A stretch of 64,000 bases of DNA. Source: the human T2T-CHM13v2.0 reference genome, Homo sapiens. The notes under the pieces are model-generated. The model was given only the letters and a program-made list of their open reading frames with translations. It searched no databases and had not been told where the DNA came from. A program made the position numbers and the translations under genes. The stretch lies in the NCBI RefSeq assembly GCF_009914755.1, contig NC_060947.1. One strand, 5' to 3'. Below, piece by piece: positions 31,856 to 47,669 of the stretch (positions are counted from its first letter, which is position 1; each line of letters opens with the position of its first letter).

Positions 31856-31969
31856 CAGGTCTTCTTGTGATTTACTCCTTCACTGGGAATTAGGATTTTT
31901 TCCAAATTCTCCAGGATGTTCTAACATGTGGCCAGGGTTGAAAATAACTGAACTAGAATGTCATTTAAG

Positions 31970-32325
31970 CTCAGATTTCTTCGAATTTTAACATGCAGAT
32001 AAACTACCTGGGAATCTTATTCCAGCACAAATTTTGACTCAGGAGTGGAGTGCAGTGGCGCAACTGTAGTTCACTGCAACCTCAAACTCCTGGACTCAAG
32101 TGATCCTCCTGAGTCGCTGGGACTACAGGATCATGCCACTGTGCCTGGCTAATATTTTTTATTTTTTTGTAGAGACAGGGTCTCACTCTGTTGCCCAGGC
32201 TGCCCTCAAACTCCTGGCCTCAAGTGATCCTCCCGCCTTGGCCTCCCAAAATGCTGAGATTACAGGCGTGAGCCACCGTACCCAGCCAGATTCTTTATTA
32301 TAACAAACTCCCAGATGATACTCAT
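31970..32325. mobile_element. MER5B-like hAT MITE interrupted by a tail-less AluJ (32046-32287, -)
   Basis: CATGCAGATAAACTACCTGGGAATCTT..TGACTCAG | Alu | AGATTCT..TAACAAACTCCCAGATGAT. Confidence 0.7.
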
Positions 32326-33519
32326 CTCCCATCCCAATTGTGAGTTTCTTAAGGCCAGAAAATAGACCTCAATTGGTGGTGCCAACTTCAAAAAAAGTTC
32401 CCTGTGAATGTTTGCTGACTGAAAGCTTTGCAGTTGCCACGGCTTACTTTTATGGCCTCATGCCACCACTGGTAGCTTCTGATGACCTAAAATAAAATGG
32501 TATATGTTACTTAATCAATAAGTCAGGTTCCATAACATACATATGGATGTTACAAAAGGATTTTACGTTGGGTAAATGTTTAGTATTAACTCCTTACATT
32601 TTAGAGCCATAACAATTTTATGCTGGACCAAGAATGAAGCTTTCATCTCTACTATGATAAACTGTGCTCTGGTTCTTCAAATCCCTCCCCATGGCTATTA
32701 TTATCACCTGAGTCTTTCTGGGTTTGACATGGAGTGAGGTAGACTTCAGCCAAGAGATTTTCTAAGGGAAAAAATGGGAAAGTAAAGATGCTGCTCTCTT
32801 TTTGGTAACCAATCTCTTCTGTATGGTCATAAATAGCACTGATTCCTGGCATCCATACCACATAACTAGATTTCCAGGTTTCAGTTCTGTCAATAACATC
32901 ATCAATTGCCTTTATAGCATTTTCTTCTGAAGTCTTCTTTGTGCCACTTTATATATCTTCTCTGCCTAGAACGTCCTCACCCAAAAGATATCCCTCAGGC
33001 ACCCCATTTAGTCCCTGGATAAATCCAAAATGAAGTCGCCTCTGCTCTTGCCCCACCTTACACTGGCAGAGAAGATAATCTAATTTCAAGGGATGCGTCT
33101 TCTCTCTTCCCCAGAGTACAAGAGAATAGGATTTCTTCTTAACGAGGTTAACAGGGATATTGTTGTTTTAGGGTTTGCTGACAGGCTGAAGATTTATCCT
33201 CCCCACTCTTTTTCCTGACTGAGAAGAGAATTGCAGACCTGGAATCTGCAGTACCTCGGGTTCGCTTGGTAACTTAAAATTGATGACTTGGAAAGAAAAT
33301 GGTGATAAAGATGCTATCCGGGGATGTGTCCTTTTATAGAGAGGTATTGTAATTTTGGGGGGCAATGTTTTCATGCACCTCTTTTGAAAAGAAATCACAA
33401 TGGTTTAGGGTTGTGCTTTGATCAATCACTTAATCAGCCAAGGTCTCATGGTCACTCTTTTCTGAGCATAGAGATAAAGTTGTACAATTTACTGATTAAA
33501 AAAGGGGAGCACAAGGATG

Positions 33520-33795
33520 CTAATTAAACACATGCAGATACAATAGTGTCTAGTTCCATTCTGTAATGCTCAAAGTCAGAAAAAAACTAATCTATGCTGT
33601 TGGCAGTCAAAGTAGAGGTTACTTTGGGGTGGGGGTTAGTGACTGGAAGGGATCATAAGGGATACTTCAAGGGTGCTGAAAATTTCCTATTTCTGGATTC
33701 TTTTACTTGGATGTGTTCACTTTGTGAAATTTCATCGACTATACGTTTATGATGTGTGCACTTTTGTTTGTATTCCACACTTCATTAAAAGTTTG
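33520..33795 (+). mobile_element. L1ME-type 3' fragment
   Basis: AAAACTAATCTATGCTGTT..AGTCA..GGTTACTTTGGGG..GTGACTGGAAGGG..GTGTTCACTTTGTGAAATTTCATC. Confidence 0.75.
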
Positions 33796-36037
33796 CCAAT
33801 AAATATCCAACAAATATAAACACTCTTTTAAATCAAGTTTTCTACTTATAAATAAATCACCAGATCAAGAAATCAGTGTCTGAAAGTGTATTTGAAAATT
33901 GGCTGTGCAATTGAAGACTGGATTCCTCCCTTCTCTGAAATTAACATTTTCTAATCGGACTTTAGTGCCATGTATGTTTTAACCCTCTTCCTGATCCTAA
34001 TAGCTTTGCCTTGATTGTGTTTAATGCTGGAAAAGTCATCACTTGGAAGAAGCTGCAACTTTAATAGGCTTCTTTATCTTGTTGACAAATTATATCTTGG
34101 ATACGTGCTTGCATTGAAATATGCGGGCTTCCATTGGTTATTAGTCACTGTAACCACCACAGATCTCAGTGGCAGTGCTCACTATCAACACCTGCAGGAT
34201 AAGATGGGAGACCTATGTGATCAAGCCTAGTGTTCCCTGGATACTAATTAGGTCTCCGCACAATGAGACTGGCTTTGCTTACCAAGTGAAGGAATGAATT
34301 AAAATGTTGAGGCAGATTGTACCAGTGCCTGTTTTATTCCCTAGGAACAAAACAGATATAATAAATGAATTCTTGGGGTCTTTAAAATCTCTGTTTTAAA
34401 TTTACTTTTTAATTTCTGGAATGGCTTCACATGGCTCATGAATCAAGAAGTATGAATAGAATATAGGAAATCATCTTTTTCCCACCTCTGTCTTCCATCA
34501 GCCACCCCACCAGCACTGCTGGTAGTGTCTTTGTATCTTTCCAGAGACTATTAATGTATATTCAAATAAAATGTGAAAATAACAATAATAAAGTTCTATC
34601 AGCCTCCTGTGATCACTAACAAATCCCTGTTTAAGAGCCTTGGCACTCACAGTGTGGTCCAAAGACCAGCAGCATTAGCATTACTTGGAAGTTTCTTAGA
34701 GATGCACAATCCTAGGCCTTGCCCTACATCCATGAGTCAGAATCTATGTCTTTGTTCATTTTGTGCTGCTGTAACAGAATAATAGTCTGTTTATAATGAA
34801 CAGAAATTTATTGCTTCACAGTTCTGGAGGCTGAGAACTTCAATATCAAGGTGCTGGCATCTTGCAAGGGACTTCTTGCTGCATCATCACATGGCAGAAG
34901 ATGAGAGGACAAGAGAGAGAGAAGGGGGCCAAACTTGCTCTTTTATAATAGTATTAATGCCACCTATGAGGGCAGAGTCCTCATGGCTTAATCACCTTAT
35001 AAAGGTCCCATCTCTTAATACTGTTAAAATGGCAATAAAATTTCAACATGAGTTTTGGAGAGGATGAGCATCCAAACCATAGCATTCTTCCCTTGACCCC
35101 CCACAAACTCATGTCCTTCTCACATCCAAAATATATTTATTCCATCCCAGTAGCTCCAAAAGTCTTAACTCATTATAGCACCAACTCAAACATCTAAAGT
35201 CTAAACTCAAAAGTCTGAAGTCTAGAGTCTCATCTAAATCTGATATGGGTGAGACTCAGAACATAATTCATCCTGAGACAAATTTCCTTCCAGCTGTGAA
35301 TCTGTGAAATCAAAACACATTACAGGCATAGGATAGGCAATGTCATTCCAAAAAGGAGCAACAGGAAAGAAGAAAGTGGAAACAAGTCCCAAATAAGTCC
35401 AAAACACAACAGGGAAAACAACACTAAATCTTAAAGCTGGGGAATAATCTTCTTGACTTCATGTCCCACCATCTGCATATACTAGGCAGGGGTTGGGCCT
35501 CCAAAACCTCCAAAACCCTGGGGTGGGGGCACTCCCATGGCTTTGCTGGTTGCAGCCCATGCAGCTTCTCTCATGGGTTGAAGTTGGATGCCTGCAGCCT
35601 TCCTACACTGGCATTGCATGCTGGTGGCTCTATAGTTATGGGATCTCTAGGGTGGCCTTGCTCCCACAGCTCCACTAGGTATTGCCCTAGTGGAGACTTT
35701 CTGTGGTGGCTTTGCCCCTCTGGCAAATCTCTGCTTGGATTCCAAGGCTGTCTGTGACAACCTTTGAAATATAGGTAGAGAAAACTGTGCCTCCACAGCC
35801 CTTGCATTCTGCAAGCCTGCAGAATTAGCACCACTTGGATGTCACCAACGTTTACCGCTTGCATCCTTCGGCAGTGCGTCGAGCTTCGTTCTATCCATAC
35901 TAATCTCATTAAACTGTTGGTTGGTCACACCACTGCTTTTACTGGTTTTCTTTTCCAAATATGCTTTTTTATTCTTTATGTATGAATATGCTTTTTTATT
36001 CTTTATGTGATTAGGTTGGGGATTTAAAAAAATCTTT

Positions 36038-36364
<327 letters not shown>

Positions 36365-36948
36365 TTAACATTCTGCTTCCCTTTTAATTATAAATTTCAT
36401 GTTTAAATTCTTTCTCTCTTCTCGCATTTTACTACATGAAGTTAAAAGAAGCCATACAGCACGCTGAATGCTTTTCTGCATAGAATTTACTCTGCCAGAT
36501 ATCTTAACTTATTGCTCTTAAGTTTTGCCTTCCATAAAGTCCTGGGACATGGACACAATGCCACCAAATTCTTTGTAACCTTATAATGAAGATAGTCTTT
36601 TCTCCAGTTTTCAATACCTTGATCCTCATTTTCATTGAAAACATCATCAGAATGGCCTCTACTGTCCATATTTCTAACCACTAACCTCTAAGAAAATTTA
36701 GACTTTCCTTACAGCTATTCTTATCTCCTGAGCCCTATCAGAATCATCCTTAATGTTCCATTCATAGCAATGTGAGCTTTTTTCAGCATTCACTTCAAAA
36801 CTATTCCTGCCTCTACTCATTACCCAGTTCCAAAGCTACTTCCACATTTTCAGGTATTTGTTATGGCAACATTCCACTTCTCTGGTACCAATTTCTTAGT
36901 CTGTTTTGTGCTGCTATGAGAGAATGCCACAGACTGAGTAATTTATAA

Positions 36949-37707
<759 letters not shown>

Positions 37708-38834
37708 TAAAATTTCAACATGAGTTTTTGAGGAGACAAACATTCAAACCATAGCAATCTGCACTTTAACAAGATCCCCAAGGGATTTGTAATGCCTTAA
37801 AGTGTGAGAAACAATTGTTTAGGGGAAAGGGACCATAGGGGTGTCAAGATCTATAGGCTATAGGGTACCCAAAGTATCCTCAAAGAGTTCTTTATTCTTT
37901 TCGGGAAAAATTAAAACTCAGTATATTTGCATTATCCTTGTCACAACGTTTCCAGATAATCTTCTGTTGTGCTTGTATGCAATGATGTGCAAGTGTCCTA
38001 GACAGACATTTATGGCCCTCTGAATGCTTATCCCTGTCTCCTTTATCACTAGTATTTGAGGACTTGTTCCTGTGTATGTGTAGACCAGAATGTTGGGTGT
38101 CTTGGTGTTGGCTCTATTGCCTACCTAACAAACAGGAGAATAGGATACATTCCTGGCTTTTGCATCATCTTTCCCCAAATATCTTCCATCTTGCTGTCCT
38201 ACCCTTCCTCCTTTGCTGATCTCTACTTGCCTTCCTTTATGTCTTGGCCCAGTGCCCTCAGTTGGAGGCAGCAGCAGATTTCTTCACCATCACCAGCCAC
38301 CATCCTCGTCAACTTTTGTTGATGCTCTGGGTGGTTCCTCTTAGGTTCAGTGATCCTACCCACAGCCTTCAAACACATCATCTTGTTTCAGTCTGAGGAT
38401 TTGTAGTCGGAGTAATCAGCATGAGAAACAAGAGAGAGAAAAGTCATTTTAAAATTCTCAGTGGTTCTTAGAATGAAACATAATATTGTTTATGGCTTTT
38501 AGTGGAGGGAAGAAATGCCATGAGTTGGTTGTCTCTTGTGTTGCCATATGATCTTTTTGCTAGTTATGTCTATTGGAGTGAGACCTTTTTTTTTTTTTTT
38601 GCATTTTTGTATCCTGGTTCCTCTAAGAAAGGACACACTGAAACTTCACATATTTTCTCACTCCCTTTCCTCTATTTTTCCAAGTTCTTTCCTCAACGGA
38701 TATTAGCCAGAGAACACACCTTTACACCACTTAACCATTCACCTAGATTTACTCTATTCTAGATTTCTTTCACTGCAATTTACAATTTACAAGCATTAGG
38801 CATCTATTGAAGTCTGATGCTAAGGGTTTTAAAA

Positions 38835-39335
38835 AAATTACTTTTATTGAATTATACATACTAAAATGTGCACATGTCATAAATGTATAATTGAGTGAGG
38901 TTTCAGTAACTGATTACATCCATGAAATCAGCGTCCAGATTAAAAAACAGACCACGTTTAACAACTCAGAAGCCTCTACCTCCTGTATAGTCACCACATG
39001 CCTCCATCAGTAGTCACTATCTTGACTCCTAATAGCATATTAAACTTCTGTTTTTATGCTTTATGTAAATGGCATCAAACAATATGTACTCTCTTGCATC
39101 TGGCTTCTTTCACTCAATATTATGCTCGGCAGATCCAACCATATTGTGTATAAAGTCGAAGGTCATTAATTCTCATTGCTGTATTATTTATTCATTCTAC
39201 CATTGATGATTGTTTGTGTGGTTTCCAATTTGGGGCTATTATGAATAGCATTGCTATGAAAATTCTTGCACATGTCTCTTTATGAAAGTACATAAGTATT
39301 TCTACTGGGTATATACCAAAGATAAAACTTGCTGG
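38835..39335 (-). mobile_element. L1ME/MD-type 3' fragment
   Basis: CATCCATGAAATCAGC..CCAGATTAA.AAACAGA, TCTGGCTTCTTTCACTCAATATTATG, TTTGGGGCTATTATGAATAG. Confidence 0.75.
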
Positions 39336-40763
39336 GCGATGCTGAGTTTTAATGTATCAAGGCTGATTAGTTTGTGCACATCAGTGCCAAGGAAGTAACG
39401 TATGTGATTAGGCAAGTACACATGCATTCAGACACCCAAGCATGAGACTAGGAGTCAAAATCTTTTTTCCTCTATGTGAAAAAGGAACTCTTTGCCTCCC
39501 AGCAATTTCTGAGCTCCTAGCTTATTCCAGCTTTCCAAGGATGCAGTGTTGATTGCTTTAGTTTATTTTATGATTTTAATGAGATCACCCCGCTGCTGCA
39601 ATAGCTTTTCCAAGCATGACACGTCCTGGCTCCATAGTGAGAACCAAGTCAATTCTCAGCTGTGTGCCAGCAGCAGCTGAAAAATTGCTACTCATGATTT
39701 TCTGCTTTGGAATCTCCATCCTTAAGGGTAAATAGCAGAGGCAGGACAAGCCATAAGCCAAGCAGGTGGTCGTCTGCATGCTGTCATTGGAAGCTCCGAC
39801 TGGCCCTTAAATAGCTCTGTCATAAATACCCCCTTTCTGGAGGGCCTAGAACCCCCACCTTTTTAGGTATCATTTTAGAGTAGAACACTAAGGCAGGAGA
39901 GATGCCTCTGGAAGGCTACTGCTGAAATTTGCTGGTTTCTTGCAGGAAGAAGGAGAGCCTTTAATTGTCTCCTAGGGGGCTAATAAGTCATAAACTCGGA
40001 AGTCAAAGAGAAGTCAGTGCTCAGGGCACAGGAACTATAAGTTTCAATGGAGGCGGCAAGGCTAGGAGACTGCAACAGCAGAGGCTAAAGGGGTAAGAAA
40101 AGAACCTTAGGGCCAGTGATAAGAAGATCCTAGGCCTGGAGAAGACTCATTTTGAGGTCCCTTGACCACCTAGAAGGCAAGTCTGGGGTTAGGAGAACAC
40201 CCAAGAGCAAAATCTTTGCTGGGAAGCCACTCGAATCTTAATGATCTGCATCTCAGATTCTCTGATTTCATCTGATGAATAAAAAAATTCTGATCTTTAT
40301 ATTTTAAAAAAATCTCTGCTGTTTGTACTTTTCTTATTATGCTAATCTTATTTGGGTGTATTTTAACCGTTTTTTGTTGGGGAGAGTAATGAGGCCATAA
40401 TTTGATGCTTTATTCTCAACTCCAGGCTAAGACTTTTTTTGTTAAATTTATGATATTTTTCTCTGTATTCATACATATGTATATATATATATAGTGTTTG
40501 ATATCATTACTTTCTTTCATGATAGTGATTTTGAGGGAGGAAGACACATTCACCAACATTAAACAGGCTTAAAAATCTTTGTTTCTACAAAATAATGTTT
40601 CAGAAGCTCCAGTTTTATGGAAATGAAGAAAGTAGAAACTGTATAGTACTCTGTATCTGACTGTATGTTAAAGATATTGTAGGAGTTAGGGATGTCTGTT
40701 GCTTATAGTTTTTGATAATAAAGGGCAGGTTTTTGGAAACAGTATTCTGATTATTTCTTATCA

Positions 40764-41161
<398 letters not shown>

Positions 41162-41289
41162 TCAGAACCTGATTTTCTCCCTGGCTCCTCTCTCTACCTT
41201 CAACCAAGACTTCTGAAGCAAAGAAAGAGACTGTATAATGAGACAACACTACATATGCAAAGAAACTTTAAGAAAATTATAATAATATT

Positions 41290-42235
41290 CATAAAAATAC
41301 TTATATAAGAATGTTCATAAGCTTTTCTCATAGTAGCCAATAACTGGCAATGACTCAAATTTCCATCAATAGGAGAATGGATAAACAAATTTTGGTGCAT
41401 TCATACAATGGAAAATCTCTCACCAATGAAAAGTGATAGACAGGAGATAGCAACGGTACCCCATCGAAACCCACCTTCAAGCCTAAAACAGCCTGGAGGC
41501 TGAAAGACTGGACTGTTGGTTCTGGATGAAACCCGCGATCCAGAGGGAAAAATGCCCTTGTTTGCCCACTCTTTCCCAACTGATTCTTTCTGAATAATGC
41601 CCACATGTGCACTGGGGCAATGGGGTAGAGTGAGCAGTAATTCACACCTTATGCAGTGAGAGGAGCCTGGCCTCTTCAGCTCTTGTGTGATGAACTGGTA
41701 TTCAATCTATGAGGTGGGAGCCCGTTGGCAGGACTCCCTCTTGCTTTGCTGAGAGTTTGTTTTTCTTTTTCCCTTTTTGCCCAATAAGTTCCACTGTCGT
41801 CACCCTTCAATGTGTCCGCGTGCCTAATTTTTCTTGGTCATGACACAGGAACCCGAATTTAGCTGAACTAGGAAGCCAAAATCAAAAGGAACAAGCTACT
41901 GATCATGCAACTTTATGGGTAAATCTCAAGGATGTTTTGTCAAAAGAAGCCAAAATCAAGAGTACATACTGTGTGATTCCATTTATATGAAGTTCTAAAA
42001 CAGTCTAACTTAATCTGTGGTGATAGCAATTAGAACAGTGGTTGACTAGGGTGGGGATGGGGGTGGAGTTTCAGCGGAGATTGGCTACAAGGAGAACAAG
42101 AAACTTTCTGAGATAATGGAACTGTTTCAGATCTCAAACGAGGTGCTGTTTTCATTTGTCAAAACTTGTCAATGTCCTCTTGTGATCTGTGCCTTTTACT
42201 GCATAGAAATCATATTTCAGGAACAATAATTTTAA
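41290..42235 (+). mobile_element. Old L1M 3' fragment split by an LTR
   Basis: AGAATGTTCATA..CCATCAATAGGAGAATGGATAAACAAA | AAGAAGCCA..AAGAGTACATACTGTGTGATTCCATTTATATGAAGTTC. Confidence 0.8.
41434..41884 (+). mobile_element. ERV1-class solo LTR (MER4-group; subfamily uncertain)
   Basis: TG...CA termini; 4-bp TSD AAAG; CCCAATAAG..CACCCTTCAATGTGTCCGCG..TTTAGCTGAACTA 3' motifs. Confidence 0.75.
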
Positions 42236-42619
42236 AAGAATACCATAGTATGTGAGAGGTGGCATGTAGTGGAGGCCTCTGTTGTCCAGGTTATGCTTTT
42301 CTATTACAGCTGCAGCTGTGGGAGACAGTACTGACTAAAGTCAGTAGTCAGGACCTTCTCCAATTCCAGGAACACAAAAAACCCATGCTAAAGCACAGCC
42401 CACAGTTCAGTGTTCCTGGGGGCCACTCTCAAGCCTTGGGGAAAAAGAGACAATGGATAAATACTCCAGCCTGTCCAACAGACAATTCTGAAAAGTCTTT
42501 TGTGGACTTTCAGCGGTCTTTGTGGAATTGAGTCCCTGTAAGTAGAATAAAGCACCCTCACACTAGCTAGTTCTCATTACCCATCTCACTTTTTCTTCTC
42601 CTTCACTCCTACATCCTGG

Positions 42620-43162
42620 TGTCACCAGTGGAGGGTGTCCAGATTCTTGGCATCTTGAACAAAGAATTGGACAAAACACACAAACAAAGCAAGGAAATAA
42701 TGAAGCAACAAAAGCAGAGATTTTTTTAAATATACTTTAAGTTCTGGGGTACATGTGCAGAACGTGCAGGTTTGTTACATAGGTATACACGTGCCATGGT
42801 GGTTTGCTGCACCCATCAACCCGTCATCTACATTAGGTATTTCTCCTGATGCTATCCCTCCCCCAGACCCCCACCCCGCAAAAGCAGAGATTTATTGAAA
42901 ATGAAAGTACACTCCACAGACTGGGAGCGGGCCCGGGCATAGGGGCTCAAGAGCCCAGTTACAGAATTTTCTGGGGTTTAAATACCTTCTAGAGGTTTCC
43001 ATGGTTACTTGGTGTATGCCCTATGTAAATGAAGAGGATGAAGTAAAGTTACAAAGTCATTTACTCGGTGTATGCCCTGTGTAAATGGAGAGGATATTTC
43101 CTGTATAGCTGAAGTGTTTCCATTTGATTTAGTTCTAGGAAGTCCTCAGGTTCCCTGCCTCA
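42620..43162 (-). mobile_element. MER51-family ERV1 solo LTR
   Basis: Reverse complement starts TGAGGCAGGGAACCTGAGGACTTCCTAGAACTAAATCAAATGG; perfect TSD CTGG. Confidence 0.85.
42724..42878 (-). mobile_element. Very short L1PA 3' end (~155 bp)
   Basis: TATACTTTAAGTTCTGGGGTACATGTGCAGAACGTGCAGG; TSD CAAAAGCAGAGATTT (42709, 42879). Confidence 0.95.
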
Positions 43163-43574
43163 CTGGGATTCCTTCCCAAATAAACAACCCGCACCACTAT
43201 CTCAAGCTTTGCTTTTGGAAGAACCCAAACTACGAAAGGCACCACAGTGGGCAGGAGAGGAAGTTGGTCCCTGCGCCAGCATTTTCCTGCTTCCTCATTC
43301 GTCTCTGTCTCCCCTCTCCTTTCATTTAGACATTTTCTATGACTACATTTTAGGAAAAATAGAGGGGAAGGAAGGTGCATAAGTGGAAAGTTAGTAAGAG
43401 AAATCTAGGACAGGAGAAGAAGTAAAGGAGAGATTATTATATTTATATATGTATGTGTATCCACACACACACACACACACACACGCGCGTATATTCCCCA
43501 TAAAAGTTGAGGGAAATGTTGAGGGAAGAATAGATTAAGAAAAGGCAATATATGAATTGGGATGTTTATCTATT

Positions 43575-44195
43575 ACTGATGAGAATGTAAGATGATGTAG
43601 TCCCTATGGAAAACAGTTTGGCAGTTTCTCAAAAAGCTAAACACAAAATTGCCATACAACCCAGCAATTTCACACCTATGTAAATACCTAAAAGAACTAA
43701 AAACAGGTGTGATGTTCATACAGTATTATTCACAATAGCCAAAAAGTGGAAATGACCGCCATGTCCATCAACAGATTAATGGATAAATAATATGTGGTAT
43801 ATTCATACAATGGAATATTATTCAGCCATAAAGGAATGAAGTTCTGATACATGCTACAACATAAATGAACCTTGAAAATAATATGCTTAGTGAAAGAAGC
43901 CCGTCATAAAATATTATATAGTGTATAATTCCATTTATATAAAATGTCCAGGATAAGCAAATCCATAGAGACAGTGAGTGGGTCAGTGGTTGCCAGAGGT
44001 TGGGCAGGAGAAGGAGGCAGGGACAAGTTGTGGGGAGGGGCAGTGGCTACTAATGGGTACAAAGTTTCCTTTTGCAGTGATTACAATGTTCTAAAATTAG
44101 ATTATGGTGATTGTTGCACCACTGAATTCGTATTCTTTAAATGGGTGAACTTTATATTATGTAAATTATCAATCAGTAAAGCTGTTAAGAAAAAT
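43575..44195 (+). mobile_element. L1MB-type 3' fragment
   Basis: TGGAAAACAGTTTGGCAGTTTCTCAAAAAG, AGGAATGAAGTTCTGATACATGCTACAAC, AGCAAATCCATAGAGACAG, TCAGTAAAGCTGTT. Confidence 0.88.
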
Positions 44196-44728
44196 TAGTC
44201 CTGGCCCAGGAAAGGAAGTCAGCACTAATTTTAGGAAACAGTTCTCCCCCATTTTAAATTTGGTTGGTAAAATTCCAAGAATCTTAAACAGTAGGGAGAG
44301 AATTATATGCCTATACTCACATGATATTTTCCCCACATGTCCTATTTGCAGGATTAATGCATTAGTTCAATTATTTAACAAATATTTATGCATTACTTAG
44401 CCCTGTGTGCATGTAGAGATGCAAGGGTGAATAAGACAATCATTGTTCCTGCTTCACGGATATTCTAGTGGAAGAAACCAAAAAAGGGGTAAGAAATTAC
44501 AAAAATATGTTGAAAAATGCCATAATAGTGTAAGTCTAGTTCCTAGTTAAGAAAAATAAAGCAGATTTCTTTAAAAAAAAATGTGTAACAGGGCACTTTG
44601 ACTTGAGAGCTGTTTTTGGTGGGCAGAATTGGAGTGCCCCCACTATTCCACTATTGAGGTTCAGGAATGTAGAAACTTGTCTAATGCGTGAGGGTGGTCC
44701 TTAATCAAGGCTTGTGTACCAACTATAC

Positions 44729-45770
<1,042 letters not shown>

Positions 45771-46472
45771 GGTCATTGTAGTTAGGACAATTCTTCACAG
45801 AGAGAATACAGAGGAAGGGAACCAGGAGTCTACATAGGTGGATGCATTCTGTCCAGGGCCTAAAGCATCAGATGAGATTTGCTCTGTGTATAAAATGCAG
45901 GGACAATCAAAATGGATTCAATCATGCTGATGAGCATCCCTACAGATTCTCAGAAATATTTAGTAAAAAAACCAAAAAAACCAAAAAACAAAAAACAACT
46001 TGGACTTCTTTCTAGTTAGGTAGGTGGGGACTCCAACATCAGCTTAACATGTGATGAATTACAAGGAACTTGATAAAGAACCTTACATTTGCAAAGTTAA
46101 ATAAGCTTGCATGTTTAAATACTGAGACACCACTGAGGAGATCTTTTTAAAAAGCCCTCACATTTTTCTCATTTGATTTATTGTTTTCTAGTTATAAATA
46201 TAGATTTCTAGAGTAAAAAAATCCAAAAATCTACACAAAACATTCGGAGAAAGAGAGAGGGTAACACTTGAAATTTCCCTATCAAATGATTACAGTTATC
46301 ATTTTAGATCCTGGCAAAAGTTGTCTCCTCCAATATTCAGTGTAACACACAGTTGCTTCTGATGAGGAGATGGGTAAATATCCACTGGGACCAAAGAATC
46401 TCCTGGCCAAAAAAGAGACTGTGATCTCTATCTCACTTCTTTTATGGTTTGAAATGGTCCAAATGATACGGC

Positions 46473-47064
46473 TGTGATGAGTGGAGGAACACCAGGGCTC
46501 TTGTCTTACGTCGAATTAGAAAAAATGACACGGACACACGTGGAGCAGTTTTGAGGAGCAGAGGGTTTCATAGGCAAGAAGGAAGGGAGAAGACAAAAAG
46601 AAGAAGTTCCCCCATACAGCCGGAGACGGAACCCCAAGTGCGGTGGACACCAGCCAGGTATATATGCAGAGGCTGGAGGAGGTGGTGTCTGATTTGCATA
46701 GGGCTCAGGGGATTGGTTTGACTAGGCATGTCATTTACGTAGCCCACGGAGAAAGCTGGCCCTCCCACTCTAGCCTTTTAATATGCAAATGCTGGGCTCC
46801 AGGATCTTCTACACACATGGGGATATGTGGGGGCGGCCATGTTGCCAGGAACCTGTCGGGCAAGGGCAAGAAGGCTGCAGGAATCCCGTGTTGGGTGGAC
46901 CCAGTTTCTAATGGTCTGCATTTGCATATCAAAGGTTGCCGGCCTGGCTTAAGAGCCGGGGCTTTACTGGAAACTTTTCTGGAGAGGCTTTAAAAAACGA
47001 AAACTTCCAAGGACCCGTTTTCCTCTCTGTTTGCTAAAATAATTTCTTAATAACTCCTACAACA
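46473..47064 (-). mobile_element. LTR9-family ERV1 solo LTR
   Basis: Reverse complement starts TGTTGTAGGAGTTATTAAGAAATTATTTTAG; TG...CA termini; three octamer motifs; TSD not evident. Confidence 0.78.
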
Positions 47065-47669
47065 CTAATAGAGGTTTGTTGGAGAGAAGGACATCAAAGA
47101 CCCCCGAAGGGACTCACCACAAGAGAAGGGGAAGTCTTGACGGGTGATTGGAGTCTAATACCAAGCCCTACGTTGTGGATGGATGAAATTTCTGAAACAG
47201 TGCATGTGGTCCAGGCTGGAGATCTTTTCTAATTGAAGGTACTTTGGGGATGATAACTGAGTATAACTGAGTGTGTGAATGTAAACCTGGTTAGAGTTAA
47301 GTAATTGGCTAGAATGGTTTTGTCCTTCCATGAGGGATAGCTGTGGCCTGCAGAGATCTGGACTAAGGTAAGGGTCACAGCTTCCAAATAACATCTTTTG
47401 GGTGCCGTAGGGCAATACCAGCAAGAAATAGAGACCTATTAGGGATAAGACAAAAATCCTATCCCTAAAATAGGACAGAAATATCTAATAATTTCTTTCA
47501 AGTCTGAGTACGTCACACGCATTTGTTTATTAACTCTTTTTACTTATTTAAGCCTCACAAAATCTAATGAAATGGTTACAATAAAGAAAAAAAATCCTCC
47601 CACTTCCAGATGAGCTGATGAGGCACAGAGTGTTAAAGTAATTCACGGAGTCACTGAAAGATTGTGCTA

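Larger units (their letters stand above)
42265..43240 (+). mobile_element. LTR16-like ERVL LTR, split by MER51
   Basis: GGATAAATACTCCAGC..GACAATTCTGA..GGAATTGAG | CTTCCCAAATAAACAACC..GCTTTTGGAAGAACCCAAACTA. Confidence 0.65.
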
